64,000 bases of DNA, from assembly GCA_030390025.1 (NCBI GenBank), contig CM059433.1, positions 26,042,001 to 26,106,000 of the forward strand, in the 5' to 3' direction. Under the pieces are notes generated by a model that searched no databases, was not told the origin of the DNA, and saw only the letters and a program-made list of their open reading frames with translations. This DNA comes from Squalus acanthias (Eukaryota). Shown one piece after another: positions 1-12,842 of this stretch; position 1 is the first letter of the stretch, and every line of letters starts with the position of its first letter. The position numbers and the translations under genes were made by a program.

Positions 1-1620
1 CCAACTCTGCATGGGCGGCAGCAGTCTGTCCTACAGGCGGTGGCAAGTGCAGTGGAGAAGTGACAGTGTTGGCAGCAGGAATGCTGTCATCGTGAGAGAG
101 GACAGCAACTCCCTGCTCGACCGACACACTGGCACTCCCACGGGGCAGCACTTCAGCATCCGGAGCAATCTGCTGGAGCACAGATTGCTGGCCTGCTGCG
201 GCGCGGTGAGAGCCCCGGGGACATGTGAACGAACCATCGAGGTTGGCCTCAGTCAGTGCTCGCGTGGCCTCAATCTGAGTCTGCATGAGAGCAGTCAGAG
301 ATGGGATCACGGCAGTCAGTGACTGAATTGCAGCACTAAGCTTTAGTGTGGCATCCGCCTGTGCTACAGCGAAGTGCTCCACACTCCTTGCCAGTGACTC
401 AATGCATTCGGGCACCCTTCCCACTGCACCCATGAGCTCAGTGTGCATGCCCACCGCCTGTGTGTTCATTTCTGCGATCAGCCGCTCCTCCTCTGCGTCC
501 ATTGCAGTAGGAGTCGCTGGCATACTCTCCCTCTGGGGAGAAGGCCCCCGTTCTTCCCTACCCCCATGGCGTTGCTGCAGCCCGCTGGGTCCTGGAGCTT
601 CACCCTCATCAGACCCTTCCCCCCTGCTCCCCTCCAGGGAAGGCGTGTTCCCAGTGTGGGCATGGGCTTCCTCGGGAGAGGGTGGCACTGATGCTCCGGC
701 TTCCTCTTCCTCCTCGGCTGCAGCTTCACTCCCACTGGCAGCTTCAGGGCCCGTCTCCTCAGCTGGTGAATCACCATCTGAAAGCAGGGAGGTACAAGAG
801 TGGCTTTAGCGTGAGGACAGGGTGGCAGTAAGGGAGGAATAAGTGCAGCGAGTTAGCAAGTTGGATTGAAAGTGTCAAAGGCTGGTGTTGTGAGGGACAA
901 GTGGAAGGACAGAGGACAAAAAGGTGATGACCTTACCATTGCTGTCCAGAACGGGGTCGGCGTCTCCAGTGGCGACGGGACCGATCACCTGGCTTGCCAA
1001 AATCCTGTGGACGCGCTCCTCAAGATCGCTGAGGGGTTGCAGCTGAGGCCGCCCTCCACCTGTCCGTTGCTGCTGTCTCCTATTATGCGCCAGCTTGGCC
1101 TGCAAGCAAAAGGACAGCATCTGAGTAAATATACAGCCATGGTCTTGCCTGATGTGCCTCCCATAGGTGAATAGCCCTTACTGTATGCAGCCATGGTCTT
1201 GCCTGATGTGCCTCCCATAGGTGAATAGCCCTTACTGTATGCAAAGTGTGGAATGTGTGTGTGTGTTTCATGAAAGGGTCATAGGTGTTGGATGAGTGTT
1301 GTGCATTGGGGTTTTAAGACCCTCTGGCCATAGAGTGAGGTTGAGATGGAGGGATGGAGAGGTATTGAGAAAAAGCCACTCACCCTGACGACCCGAGTGA
1401 GGTCGTTGAACTTTTTGCGGAATTGAACATGGGTCCTGGGCACCATGCTCCTGGAGGAGACGCTCTGAGCCACCTCCCTCCACACTCTTCTGTACTCGCG
1501 TGGCAAAGGCCTCCTGCCACTCTCAGGGAAGAGTATAGATCTTCTGCGCTCCACCGCGCCAACCAGAGAATCCAAGGCCCGCTCGGTGAAGCGCTGAGCT
1601 CGTTCTCTCACCCTCTCCAT
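1..1620 (-). CDS. Harbinger Myb/SANT-like DNA-binding protein, 3 exons (1620-1384, 1099-937, 777-<1), open to the window edge
   Basis: Exon 1 reads MERVRERAQRFTERALDSLV...W.EVA...RTHVQFRKKFNDL (Myb/SANT-like trihelix). Exon 2 reads AKLAHNRRQQQRTGGG. Junctions are GT-AG with phases 0 and 1. No stop found in exon 3 by manual translation. Confidence 0.8.
1134..1243. repeat. 54-bp perfect tandem duplication in intron 1 of the Myb-like gene
   Basis: cagccatggtcttgcctgatgtgcctcccataggtgaatagcccttactgtatg starts at 1134 and at 1188. Confidence 0.95.
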
Positions 1621-1979
1621 CCTTGGCAGCAAAATGGATTCACAGGTCTCTCCAGGCCGAGATTCAAGGCTGCAATGAGCAGGGTGTGGCTGGGGAGCAA
1701 GTTGCCCCCCCCCCCTTTAAGAACTGGCCGGCGCCAGTGTGTCTGTGTTCCCTCGCTAACTGGCAGCACCTGCGCTGCGCTCGCGCGCTGAGTTAGCGCC
1801 TCACTGCTCGGCCTTTGCGCCTTAAGACAGGTGTGCAGTGCCTGATTTAGAGCTCCACTCACCTCCCGGGATGGTAAAAGTGAAGTTTGCAGTCAGTGGC
1901 GATAATTAGCGCCAGGCGCTAATTTTTGCGTCCAGACGATATTTGCGCCCCAAATGGGGCACGACCTAATTTTTCCCCC

Positions 1980-4900
1980 ATAGGGTTTAATGAGAGGGAG
2001 GAACTGAAAGAAATCAGTATTTGTAGGGAAATAGTGTTAGGGAAATTGACGGGATTGAAGGCCGATAAATCCCCAGGGCCTGATAATCTACATCCTAGGG
2101 TACTTAAGGAAGTGGCCCTAGAAATAGTAGATGCATTGCTGGTCATCTTCCAAATTTCGATAGACTCTGGAACAGTACCCATGGATTGGAGGGTAGCTAA
2201 TGTAACCCCACTATTCAAAAAAGGTGGCAGAGAGAAAACGGGGAATTATAGACCGATAAGCCTGACATCGGTAGTGGGGAAAATGCTAGAGTCCATTATA
2301 AAAGATATAATAGCAGAGCACTTGGAAAACAGTGACAGGATCGGACAAAGTCAACATGGATTTACAAAAGGTATATCATGCTTGACTAATCTACTGGAAT
2401 TTTTTGAGGATGTAACTGGTAAAATAGATAAGGGAGAACCAGTGGATGTGGTGTATTTGGACTTTCAGAAGGCTTTCGATAAGGTCCCGCATAGGAGATT
2501 AGCATGTAAAGTTAAGGCACATGGGATTGGGGGCAAGGTATTGACTTGGATAGAGAACTGGTTGGCAGACAGAAAGCAAAGAGTTGGAATAAACTGGTCT
2601 TTTTCCGAGTGGCAGGCAGTGACTAGTGGGGTACCGCAGGGATCGGTCCTAGGACCCCAGCTATTCACAATATATATTAATGATCTAGACAAGGGAAATG
2701 GATGTAATATCTCCAAGTTTGCAGACGACACAAAGCTGGGTGGGAGTGTGTGCCGTGAGGAGGATGCCGAGAAACTCCAGTATGATTTGGACAGGTTGGG
2801 TGATGGGGCAGAAGCATGGCAGATGCAATATAATGTGGATAAATGCGAGGTTATCCACTTTGGTGTCAAAAACAGGAAGGTAGATTATTATCTGAATGGC
2901 AATAGATTGGGAAAAGGGGAAGTGCAACGAGACCTGGGTGTCCTTGTGCACCAGTCGCTGAAGGTAAGCATGCAGGTGCAGCAGGCGGTTCAGAAGGCAA
3001 ATGGTATGTTGGCCTTCGTAGCGAAAGGGTTCGAGTCCAGGAACAAGGATGTCTTGCTGCAGTTGTACAGGGCCTTGGTGAGACCACATCTTGAGTATTG
3101 TGTGCAGTTTTGGTCGCCTTATCTGAGGAAGGATGTTCTTGCCATGGAGGGAGTGCAGCGAAGATTCACCAGGCTGATACCTGGGATGGCAGGAATGACG
3201 TATGAGGGGAGATTGGGTCGATTGGGCTTATACTCGCTGGAGTTTAGAAGAATGAGAGGGGATCTCATTGAAACTTATAAAATTCTAACAGGACTAGACA
3301 GACTAGATGCAGGAAGGATGTTCCCGATGGCCGGGGAGTCCAGAACCAGGGGTCACAGTCTAAGGATAAGGGGTAAGCCATTTAGGACTGAGATGAGGAG
3401 GAATTTCTTCACCCAGAGAGTGGTGAACCTGTGGAATTCTCTACCACAGAAGGCAGTAGAGGCCAATTCATTAAATATATTTGTAAGGTTTCCAAAATTT
3501 GCAGATCCCCAAAACCTAAGGAAAAAGGACTTTGAAACTACCTCAGAGTGATAAAAATGCATTTGGGCCTAACTTAAGAGACTGTAAGACCAAAAACCAA
3601 GTTTTGGCATTTTAAAAGCATGTCTGGGCCTGTGAAAGGAGAAAAGGCTGTGAAGGAAGTTGGGTTCGACCTCTGCAAAAGCAGTTTTGGGTATTGCAGT
3701 TAAATTGCATTGTCTGGGGAATCGGGATGACTTCACTCAAGCCCCAGCAAGCATTAACATTTTGATAATAGACCCTAGGAGGAGACAGCCCCACCCAAAA
3801 CAACAGGTCCCATCAAACCGATTACAGAACCCATTAAAGACATGCATAAAGCAAATATTCGATCGAAGTCCTAGACCCAGTCAAGAAACCCAAAACATGA
3901 GGACAATTTAAACTCCGATTAAACAACAGATCGACAGGATGGAGCTATTTTGAAACCACTTCACACATTTACAAAACCAGTTAACACGCTAGTAAAGTCG
4001 TTACTGTTAACGAGGTCTTACAATGACCGGGATTTGATTTGGTTTTGATAAGGCCACTTCAATTTAGTATAATTGAATTCCCATCAAGCAGTTCAGGAGT
4101 AACAACAGTTCAAGTTCAACAGAAGGCAGTTTGCAGTTTTGGAGTTCAATTTGAAAGCCTATTTTTCAGCAGAAGTCAGTGCTGGAATTACAGAGTTCAG
4201 GAGAAGCAAGTTGGGCAGTTAAAGAAGACAGTTCAGTAAGAAGGGAGTTCTCCAGTTCTCCAGTAAAACAGTTCAAGTTCAACAAGCAGGCAGAAGGCAG
4301 TTTCCACAGTTCTGCAAGAAGGCAGTTCCACAGCTCGGAAGAAGACAGTTTAAACAGAAAGCAGTTCAACAAAGAAAGCCAACAGCTCCAGAAGTAGGCC
4401 GACACGCAAGAAGAGACCAGAGCGACCGCCTCAGTGACCATCGGACACCTTGCGGCAACAAGGGCCTTACGAAACCTTTTACTCAAAAGACTCTAAACCC
4501 TAACTCTCAACTGTCAAGGATTCGTTTGGTGAGCATTATCCCTGGTTCTCCAGAGTCCAACCTAGCTAGTGAAGTGGGATTGGGAGGGGTCACGTATTCT
4601 TCTAATGTTATTTCCCTCGCGTGTACCGAAGTGTTCGCCACCTTTAGAGTGTTAAGAGTGTTTGTGTTGTGTTTTACCTTCTTGAATAAAAGTCAAAATT
4701 CTTTCATCAAAACCTGTTGTCTACTGCACCTTTGTTCATGACCCCCAAATAAGTCCAAGGTCTGGAACCAGGGGCGTGGGAGCGATTCGAACCACTCACT
4801 GAGTCAGAGGTGAAGCTGACCCTACCACACCACCCCCTACATATTCAAGAAGGAGTTAGATATATTTCTTAAAGCTAAAGGGATCAAGGGATATGGAGAG

Positions 4901-5021
4901 AAGGCAGGGACAGGGTACTGAATTTGAATGATCAGCCATGATCTCATTGAATGGTGGAGCAGGCTCGAGGGACTGAATTGCTTACTCCTTCTCCTATCTT
5001 CTATGTTTCTATGTTTCTATG
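1980..5021 (+). mobile_element. CR1-clade LINE (5' part absent), RT frame interrupted by a solo LTR
   Basis: ORF 1926-3551 has KSPGPD, NYRPISL, YLDFQKAFD, GVPQGSVLGP and FADD motifs. The frame resumes after the LTR (FKKELDIFL..., stop at 4921). 3' tail is ctatgttt repeats. Confidence 0.95.
3482..4841 (+). mobile_element. Solo LTR (1360 bp) with 4-bp TSD, Gypsy- or ERV-like
   Basis: Ends are TGTA...TACA, flanked by TATT on both sides. AATAAA at 4685. Removing it restores the CR1 reading frame. Confidence 0.85.
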
Positions 5022-5671
5022 GGTGATTGGGTCCCTTTATGTGGGGTGAGGAGGAACTCTCCTGCTCCTCCTGGCTCCACATTCAGGTAAGTTACTTACC
5101 TTCTTTGTTGTAGGCAATCCCTAGAGCTGGTGTCCCTGAGTGCAGCCGGCACGATTGTGGGCTGCCTCAAGGCAAGCCAATCGTACAGATGGGGGTCTCA
5201 AACAGGCCCATTATTTACATCTGCAAAGGGCCTAATGCCTGCTTCAGACGTATGTAAAAGACGCCTCTTATTTGTCCTTACCCAATATGATGGGCGATGC
5301 ACTTCCAGCCGGAAATGTCTGCACACTTCCTGCCCGCCATATTGGGTCTTATTAGTCTGAGCAGTGCCTGAAAAATGGACGCTAATTGGACCAATTTCCA
5401 GACTGATGTATTTTTGAAATCAAACATAGCAGGAAGATTTACTCTGGTTACTCTATGTTAGGAAATCAGTTTATTTCAGTTAGTTAATGTTTTTCCCTTC
5501 ATTCAATCTTTACGTTTCTTTAATTTTACACATTTCTACTGCTTCTGATTACGTTTTCATTTCTTTCTCGAGATTTTGCATATTTAAGTGAATTAATGCT
5601 GTTCTTTTCATTCTATCATTTTATTTCTTTCATTGCACTCATCTCTACTGCTTTTTATCACTTTTCCATTT

Positions 5672-5950
5672 CAACAACAACTTGCATTTATATCGTGCCT
5701 TCAACAAAGAAAATGTCCCAAGATGCTTCAGAGAAGCATAATCAGACAAAAATCAATGGCAAACCAAAGAAGGTGATATTAGTATGGATTACTAATGGCT
5801 TTTTAAAGAGAGTCTTAAAGGAGGAGCGAGAGGTGGATAGGTTTAGGAAGAAAATTCCAGAGAGTAAGGCTTAGATGGCAGAAACCAGCATCGCCAATGG
5901 TGGGGCAAATGTAAGGGGATGCACAAGAGGCCAGAGTTAGCGCAGGAGTT
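5672..5950 (-). mobile_element. L2-like LINE 3' fragment, degenerate
   Basis: Similar to 38840-39180 and 40124-40920, with the same caacaac/ttgcatttata tail. Confidence 0.7.
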
Positions 5951-5977
5951 GTTATTGCTGAGCAGAGAGGCCAAGTG

Positions 5978-6290
5978 CTAGAATGAACCTGGACCATGAG
6001 AGGACCTCCTAAACCTGTGACCTCTACCACCGAGAAGGACAAGGGCAGCAGACGCAAGGGAACACCTCCACCTCCAAGTACCCCTCCAAGGCACATACCA
6101 TCCTGACTTGGAAATATATCGCCACTCCTTCATCGTCGCTGGGTCAAAATCCTGGAACACCTTTACTAACAGCATTGTGGGAGTACCTTCACCTCACGGA
6201 CTGCAGCGGTTCAAGAAGGCGGCTCACCACTACCTTCTCAAGGGCAATTAGGGATGGGCAATAAATGCTGGCCTAGTTAGCGACACCTAT
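5978..6290 (+). mobile_element. LINE 3' end (CR1/L2-group), shares its tail with the SINE at 54470-54910
   Basis: ctgcagcggttcaagaagg..ctcaccactaccttctcaagggcaattagggatgggcaataaatgctggcc occurs in both. Confidence 0.7.
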
Positions 6291-6489
6291 GAATTAATTT
6301 ACAAAAATGAAGTTGTAAGGGGTTTCATGCAAGAAGGGGTTATGATTGGAGTTGCAAGCACTGGCTCCAAGTGAAAGAGTTAGAGAGCCTCTGAACCATT
6401 GTACACTGTGAATAAAGACTTGTCATTTCATTTAAGAAGAGAGGGGATCAGTGGAGGGGGTCCCATGGTGCATAAATCAAAAGTGGAAG

Positions 6490-6720
6490 GTCTCAATTCT
6501 CCTACCTTGACCGCCCTCTTCAAGACAGTAAATATTTTGCAGCTCTGACCAACTGTCATGTGGGTGACCAAGGTGGCCCTCAGCACCACTGCTAACTCCC
6601 TCCACATGGCTCTGGTGACTGAATTAGCTGGGCTCTTTCCCTGGAAGTCCAACAGGAGGTCTTTCCTTTGGTGGGTCTTATCAAGGAGGATCTGTAGATT
6701 GGCCCCTGAAATTTTCTGGA
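6490..6720 (-). pseudogene. Degenerate Harbinger Myb/SANT-like exon 1 remnant
   Basis: TRAMWRELAVVL...TVGQSCKIFTVLKRAVK followed by a gtagg donor, parallel to the other Myb exon 1 copies. Confidence 0.55.
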
Positions 6721-7288
6721 CTCGCCTCCTTTAGCCACCATGTATCTGAGGCCTCATTGTGAGCCACCAGTGTATAAAGTTGAAGCCATGACAACATCTT
6801 GAGAAATAATAAAGAATTCCTTTGGTAAGAAATCACTGCAGTGGGACATTCTGACAAAATGTTGGAGACAAAAACAGACCACTTACCTGCTATGGCTCCA
6901 AGAATCTGCTGCCATCTTAAGTTGGTGCAGGCCTTTAAATCTCGCAGCACCAGGTTTCCTCACACCCCTACACACCACCCCTCCCCCGCAGCGATTTACC
7001 ATGGTGGTCCTGCCTGTTGCAACGGAATGATCCGTACTCCATGAATAAAGGCTCGATACTCAAGAGTCAGATCAGTTTGACATCAATTTTATTGGACAGC
7101 ACATATGAGTAATACAAGCAAGCGATACATCTATTCACTTACCCTGTGGCTCTTGCAGAGTTTGTAGGAGTACTGGGTTGCTGGAAGAGATTTGAAAAGT
7201 TGTTAAAGAGTGCAGGGAGTGCTGCTGGATGTTGGAACGGCATTAGCTGCTACTGGAAGGCCTCTGAGTACACCATTTGCTCCCAGTG

Positions 7289-8299
7289 ATGGGGGACCTA
7301 GTTGCAGTCCCCCTCGCGCTGCAGCATGACAGGGAGATGGAGCAGAGGCAGCAAAGAAAACAAGCTGCTCGCAGAGAGAGGAGGAGGAGGGTGAGGAGGG
7401 CTCTCAGCAGGAGGCCTTACCCACCTAGGGTCTTCAGGGAGCACTTCCCCTACCTGCATCTAAGCCAGGAGCAGTGTGTTCAGTGGCTCCGCTTCACCAA
7501 GGAGGTGGTCACAGAACTCTGCTCCCTCTTGGATCCAGACCTGCAGCTTCAGAGCAGGGCGATGACGATGCTGCCAGTGGCCCTCAAAGCGACCGTGGCC
7601 CTGAATTTTTTTGCCAGGCTGGAACAGGCAACTTAGCAAACATCTCGCAGTTCATCGTCCACCCATCCGAGAGGTCACAGAGGCTCTGTACGCTAGGAGA
7701 GGGGACTTCATTGTTTTCTCTCTAAACAAAGAGAAACAGGAATAGCACGCACGTGGCTTTGCCAGGATATCGGCATCCCCATGGTGCAGGGTGCCATCGA
7801 CTGCACCCACGTGGCTTTGGGGGCACCGCATATCAATGGTGATATGTACCATAACTGTAAAGGGTACCACTCACTTAATGTGCAGTTGGTGTGCGGCCAC
7901 GCCCAGTACATCATGCTGGTGAATGCACGCTATCATGGCAGCTGTTATGATGCCTTCATCTTGCACCAGTCCGCTGTGCCAGCAATCTTCCAGCCACCAC
8001 ATCGAACCCGAGGGTGGCTGTTCGGTGACAAGGGCTATCCGCTCTACACTTGGCTGATGACTCCTCTCTGTAACCCCACCACTCGTGGCCAGCACTCACA
8101 TAATGAGAGCTATGCTGCCATGAGGAATATCATCGAGCAGACCATCAGGGTGCTGATGCAACAGTTCCACTACCTTGACCGCTTGGGAGGAGCCTTCCAG
8201 TACTCAGCAGAGCGGGTGTCCCCATTCGTGCTGGTCTGCTGCATCCTCCACAACTTTTCCATCATGAGGGCGCAGCCCTTGCAACCACAGGTTCTGTGA
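7289..8299 (+). pseudogene. Harbinger (HARBI1-like) DDE transposase, frameshifted
   Basis: ORFs 7277-7636 and 7781-8299 contain GAIDCTH, HSLNVQLVC, GDKGYPL, IIEQTI and CCILHNF. Disrupted around 7620-7780. Confidence 0.9.
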
Positions 8300-8569
8300 C
8301 CACCTCAGGAGGAGGAAGAGAAGGAGGAGGAAGGGATGAGGCAGCCTGCACATTCACATTCCGGACGGGCTGTCCGTGAGCATGTCATCAGTTCGCCTGA
8401 ATGAAACCCCAGAGCCCCATTGCTAAACACTTCCCCACCTTACCATCCCTCTGTCACGGAACATCACAGCGTCCTCTTGACTACAATGCTAAAATGAAAG
8501 CCACCACAAAACAAACATTCCAAACCAAATTTATATATCAGTCAATACAATATTACATAATAAATTCAA

Positions 8570-10501
8570 CTAATCACCCTTGTGCATTCCCTTAGTGTCT
8601 GTCTTTTGTGTGCCTTTGCGTGTCCTAGTGCTCCTACGCAGTGCTACCCCAGTGGCTGCAGCGTGGCTGTTGTCAGGCTGCTGACTTTCAGTGGGCGATA
8701 CTGCAAATGGCCTTGCAGGACCTCGAGCAGCTATCGGCCTAGAAGGCCCTGCAATGGACTGCACCACCTCGGCATGGGCGGCAGCAGTCTGGGCTGGCTG
8801 GCTGACAGACAACAGCAAGGGCACTGGTGGAGCAGCAGTGGTGGGAGGACGAATGCTGTCATCCTGAGAGAGGACAGCAGGTTCTTTCTCCACGGAACCA
8901 CTGCCACTCCGCCGGGGCGGCACCTCAGAAATCCTCGTTATCTGTTGGAGGACAGATTGCTGAACTGCCGTGACACCCTACAAACCCCTTTCAACACTGG
9001 AAAACGCAGCCACGATGGCTGCAGTCTGAGCTTGCAACGCAGCAATCTGACCCTGAATGAGAGCAGTCTGAGCTTGTATGACAGAAGTCTGAGCTTCCAC
9101 TGCAGCACTCAGATGGTGGGTGGCTTCTGTTTGTGCTGCAATGGAAGCTGAGTCATCGGCCATCAGATGCTGCATGATGGTTGGGTCCACAAGTGCGCTA
9201 ATGGAGTTGCCCATCATTTCCATCCTGGAGATCATAGGCTCCAAGCTCTGTGGAAAGCTCTCTGCAAAGTTGGTGCCGGACTCCTCCATGCTTCTCAACA
9301 GTGACAACACACTCTCTGGCAGGCCTGCCAATGCACCAAGCATTTCATTGTGCATACCCAGCAGCATTCTTCTGTAAGCCACCCCATCGAAGTCTTCATC
9401 TGAGTCCTGTGCAGCAGAATTCATGTGCGACCTCACCCTCTGGGAAGCTGGCACCTGTGCTACCCTTTCCTCCTGCCCTGTCTGCAGCCCACTCATGCCC
9501 GGTGACTCACCATGTGCAGGTCCCGCCTCTAAGCTACCCTCTAAACTCCGCGCAGTGCCAGTATCTGAGCTGGTGGCTGCGAGTGTCAGATCGAGTGACG
9601 GTATTTCATCTTCATCATCACTCTCCTCTCCCTCTTCTTCTACATCCACTGGCTGGCCAGGTTCGATTTCTTGCGTCTCTGAAATGAGAAAGGCACAAGG
9701 GTAGGGTTGCAGTGAGGAGAGTGGAGGGGAAGCAAGAAGAGCATGCTTACGCCATCTGCAGCTTGTAAATGAGAAGAGATTGTGGATGAGGGGGAAGTGG
9801 GATTGTGAGAAGGAGGATTATGTATGAGTATACCGGCATCTTCAATACTTTGAGGGCCGCTGCTGGCCACGGCTTCAGTCACAACCACTCCAATTATGCC
9901 GAGCACCGTCTCCTCGAGTGGGGTCAGGATATGGAGGTGCGCCTGTCCCCCTCTAGTTTGCTGCCACTGCCTACGATTGTGTGCCACCTTGCCCTGCGAA
10001 AGAGAGGGAAGTGTGTCAGTGAGTATAGTTCACTGTGTTTGGCTGATGTGGCTGTCCTGGTTGAATAGCTGGTAATGTGTGTGAGACGTGGGTGTGAGGC
10101 TTGCAGCAGTGGTAAGTGTGTGAGGATGAGATGGAGCATATGAATGTGAGGTATTAGTCGTGATTGATAGAGAGTGTTGGTAGGTGAGTAATGGGGGAAT
10201 GGTGAATTGAACAGTGTGTGAGGCTAGTGGTGCAGTTTGTGGGATATGGTATTTCAAGATGAATTCACTGACCTTGACCAGTCGTGTAAAGTCATTAAAC
10301 TTCTTCCTGCATTGCATCCAGGTCCTCGGGGTTACACTGCTTGTACTGACAGCGACAGCTATCTGCTCCGATTCCCTTCTCAGCATCTGTCTGGTGGGTC
10401 TCCTGGTGCCCTGTGGATACAAGACATCTCTTCTCCTGTCACCTCCTGCACCAGGGCCTCGAGAGCTGCAACCGAAAATCTGGGAGCCCTCTCTCTGCCA
10501 T
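8570..10501 (-). pseudogene. Harbinger Myb/SANT-like gene, 3 exons (10501-10273, 9993-9834, 9678-8570), convergent with the transposase
   Basis: RTWMQCRKKFNDF in exon 1, KVAHNRRQWQQTRGG in exon 2, acidic then Ala/Gln-rich exon 3 ending MHKGD*. Frameshift in exon 1 and an in-frame stop at 8978. Confidence 0.85.
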
Positions 10502-10922
10502 GTTGCGCTATCTTCACTCTTCCTGTAGGTCACACACTCCTCTACAATCACTTCCAGTAGGTGCTGCACCTGCTCCTTAAGTGGTGCCAGCTGGTTTTAA
10601 GAACTGCAGGTTAGCTTTAATTGGTGCCAGCCTTGCACGAACTTGGGCTCCCTGCTGAGCGTGCAGGCACTCAGCAGCGCGTTTAGCACTGGGCTGCATG
10701 CCACTATTATTATAATTAGCAGGCAGCACGAAGTTTGCGTGCTGCCTGCATCACATTGAACGGACGCAGGGTAATCGTGCATCACAATCCCCATGCCCGT
10801 TTTCGGGGGCTATCCAATTTTTATATTATGATTATATGATTCCAGCTGACTGTTGAAGTTATGGCCCCAACTCTTATCTTGGTTGCAGAGTCTGTACCCC
10901 CCAGGAATGCATGTAAGACTAT

Positions 10923-11145
10923 GGCCGGAATTTTCTTTACCTTGGCGGGTCCGGTACGGCCGGTGTCCGTGACTGGTCATGACTCCGCTGCTAGGTCCAT
11001 CCTGCTGTTGAAAATGAACTTACCTTCATGGGGCTTATTAAGCCCGCCCAGCGCGTTTCCCAGCCCAATGAGATGGAGCGGGTCTGGTGACGTCATCGAT
11101 GACGCATTTTCAGCTGGGATCCTTAAAGGGACCATGGCTGTGCAA
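10923..11145 (+). mobile_element. Isolated Harbinger terminal/promoter fragment
   Basis: Collinear with 62120-62340 (gg.cggaattttct, tattaagcccgccc, gcgggtctg.tgac.tcatc, ttaaagg). Confidence 0.7.
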
Positions 11146-11384
11146 TAATATAATAAAAGTTATACATGAGTGACAAAGAAATATTTAAATAATGTTATCA
11201 TTAATTAATATGACACCATCTACAAATACGATCAAAAACATAATTTAAAAAGTACATTAATTGGGAAGTTATTGGTGCTTTAGTCACAAATCTATAGACT
11301 TCTGTATCAGTAACTGGTACAAATAAAAGATGTGTGTGTATAGGTAATATATAAAATTAAGCAGATTTTAAATGTAATTTTAAA

Positions 11385-11543
11385 GGGGTGGATTTACAAT
11401 CTTATGCAAGTTCAACTGAAGAGCTGCGGAATCCCTGACAAACAGTATAAGTGGTGCTTACAATGTGTTTCTGGGATTTCTGCAGCTCTTCCGTTGAAGT
11501 TAACAATGGACAAGTGAGAGAACCTCCGCAGAAATTCACCCTA
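11385..11543. mobile_element. Short palindromic (hairpin) MITE
   Basis: Ends ggggtggattt / aaattcaccc. Internal inverted arms ttcaactgaagagctgcggaatccc / gggatttctgcagctcttccgttgaa. Confidence 0.6.
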
Positions 11544-12325
11544 AACTCTCAGACTGAAAAATTACATTAGTCATATTCGGGGACTGAAAGCAAATTGAAC
11601 CAGTGGAATGAGTGATGAGAATGAAATTATTATGGTTGATGACTTGATTTAATGTGTAACTGGACAATCACAGTATACTGTGAGAAAAACCTGACCAGAA
11701 ACAACACAAAAATGTAATTAAATGGCATATGTCATTTTTTATAGTCAGATCAATTCACTGCAATTACTGTTGAGTTGGAAGGCAACAGCCGAGAATGGCC
11801 AGTGAAAAATGTATTTCCCTCACCATCCAGGGTAGCACTTACATCCCTTCAGGAATTTCTGAATTAACATTTACCTGTAGCTTTTCAAGTAGAACAGAAT
11901 CTCCATCAATCTGTTAGCTGATTTAATCCATACGTTTTTATTTTGGTTTGTTTTCCATGCTGTCAAGTAATCAGCTGGAGCAATGGCCACAGAACTCACG
12001 CCTCAGGTTGACAGACGAGGTTTCCGAGCTGCGTGAATCCCGTAGCCATGCAGGGAAATTTAAAAAGTAGGGGGAAAAAAGCTCTTAAGTGCCTGTAAAG
12101 TACGTCATAATGATTTCAATTGGGTCCCCCGCAGCTGCAGGTTGGGTGAGCTCCACGATAACAGACGCGCCCGTGAGAAAGGCACGTGGGAGCATCAAAA
12201 AAACAACTTTCCCACCCGACTCACCACCAATCTTGCCCACTACCACCCTGGAAAATTCAGCCCTATGTTATTAAAGCGCTAGTTATTTTATAGCTGTCAA
12301 GTCGCACAAGCGAGTGTACTTATAC

Positions 12326-12842
12326 AAAAGCAAAATACTGCGGATGCTGGAAATCTGATATAAAAACAGAAAATGCTGGAAATACTCAGCAGGTCAGGCA
12401 GCATCTGTGGAGAGAGAAACAGAGTTAATGTTTCAGGTTGACCTTTAGTTAGAACTGGATAAAGTTAGAGATGTAACAGGTTTTAAGCAAGTACAGAGGC
12501 TGGGAAAGTGGGGAGGGGAGGAAAGAACAAAAGGGAAGGTCTGTGATAGGGTGGAAGAGAAGAAATGACAAAAGGGATGATGGTGCAAGACAAGAATGGG
12601 ACAAGTAAAGAAACAAAAGATGGGTCTAGAGTTGGTGTAAATGGAAATATCAGAATCATCAGCAATAGCTGCCGTCTGAAAAACTGGGGGGAGAGGTTAT
12701 GATCTGAAATTGTTGAACTCGCTGTTGAGTCCGGAAGGCTGTAAAGTGCTTAAACGAAAGATGAGGTACTGATCTTCGAGCTTACGCTGAGCTTCATTGG
12801 AAAAGTGTAAGAGGCCGAGGACAGAGAGGTCAAAGTGGAAGC
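12326..12842 (-). mobile_element. Penelope-like element 3' fragment
   Basis: Reverse complement of the 3' end of the 25714-30290 element. Encodes GLLHFSNEAQRKLEDQYLIFRLSTLQPSGLN (GIY-YIG C-terminus). Confidence 0.9.

Larger units (their letters stand above)
1..1979 (-). mobile_element. PIF/Harbinger DNA transposon, Myb-gene end (runs off the left edge)
   Basis: Terminus 'gacctaatttttcccc' near 1963-1979. 1600-1979 is a diverged reverse-complement match to the left arm of the TIR-bounded element at 21843-22737. Contains a spliced Myb/SANT-like gene. Confidence 0.85.

Noticed and set aside
1926..3551. 541-aa ORF as a chimeric functional gene
   Set aside because: The N-terminus is read from the Harbinger end and the C-terminus from the LTR. 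It is an incidental fusion around a CR1 RT lacking its endonuclease.
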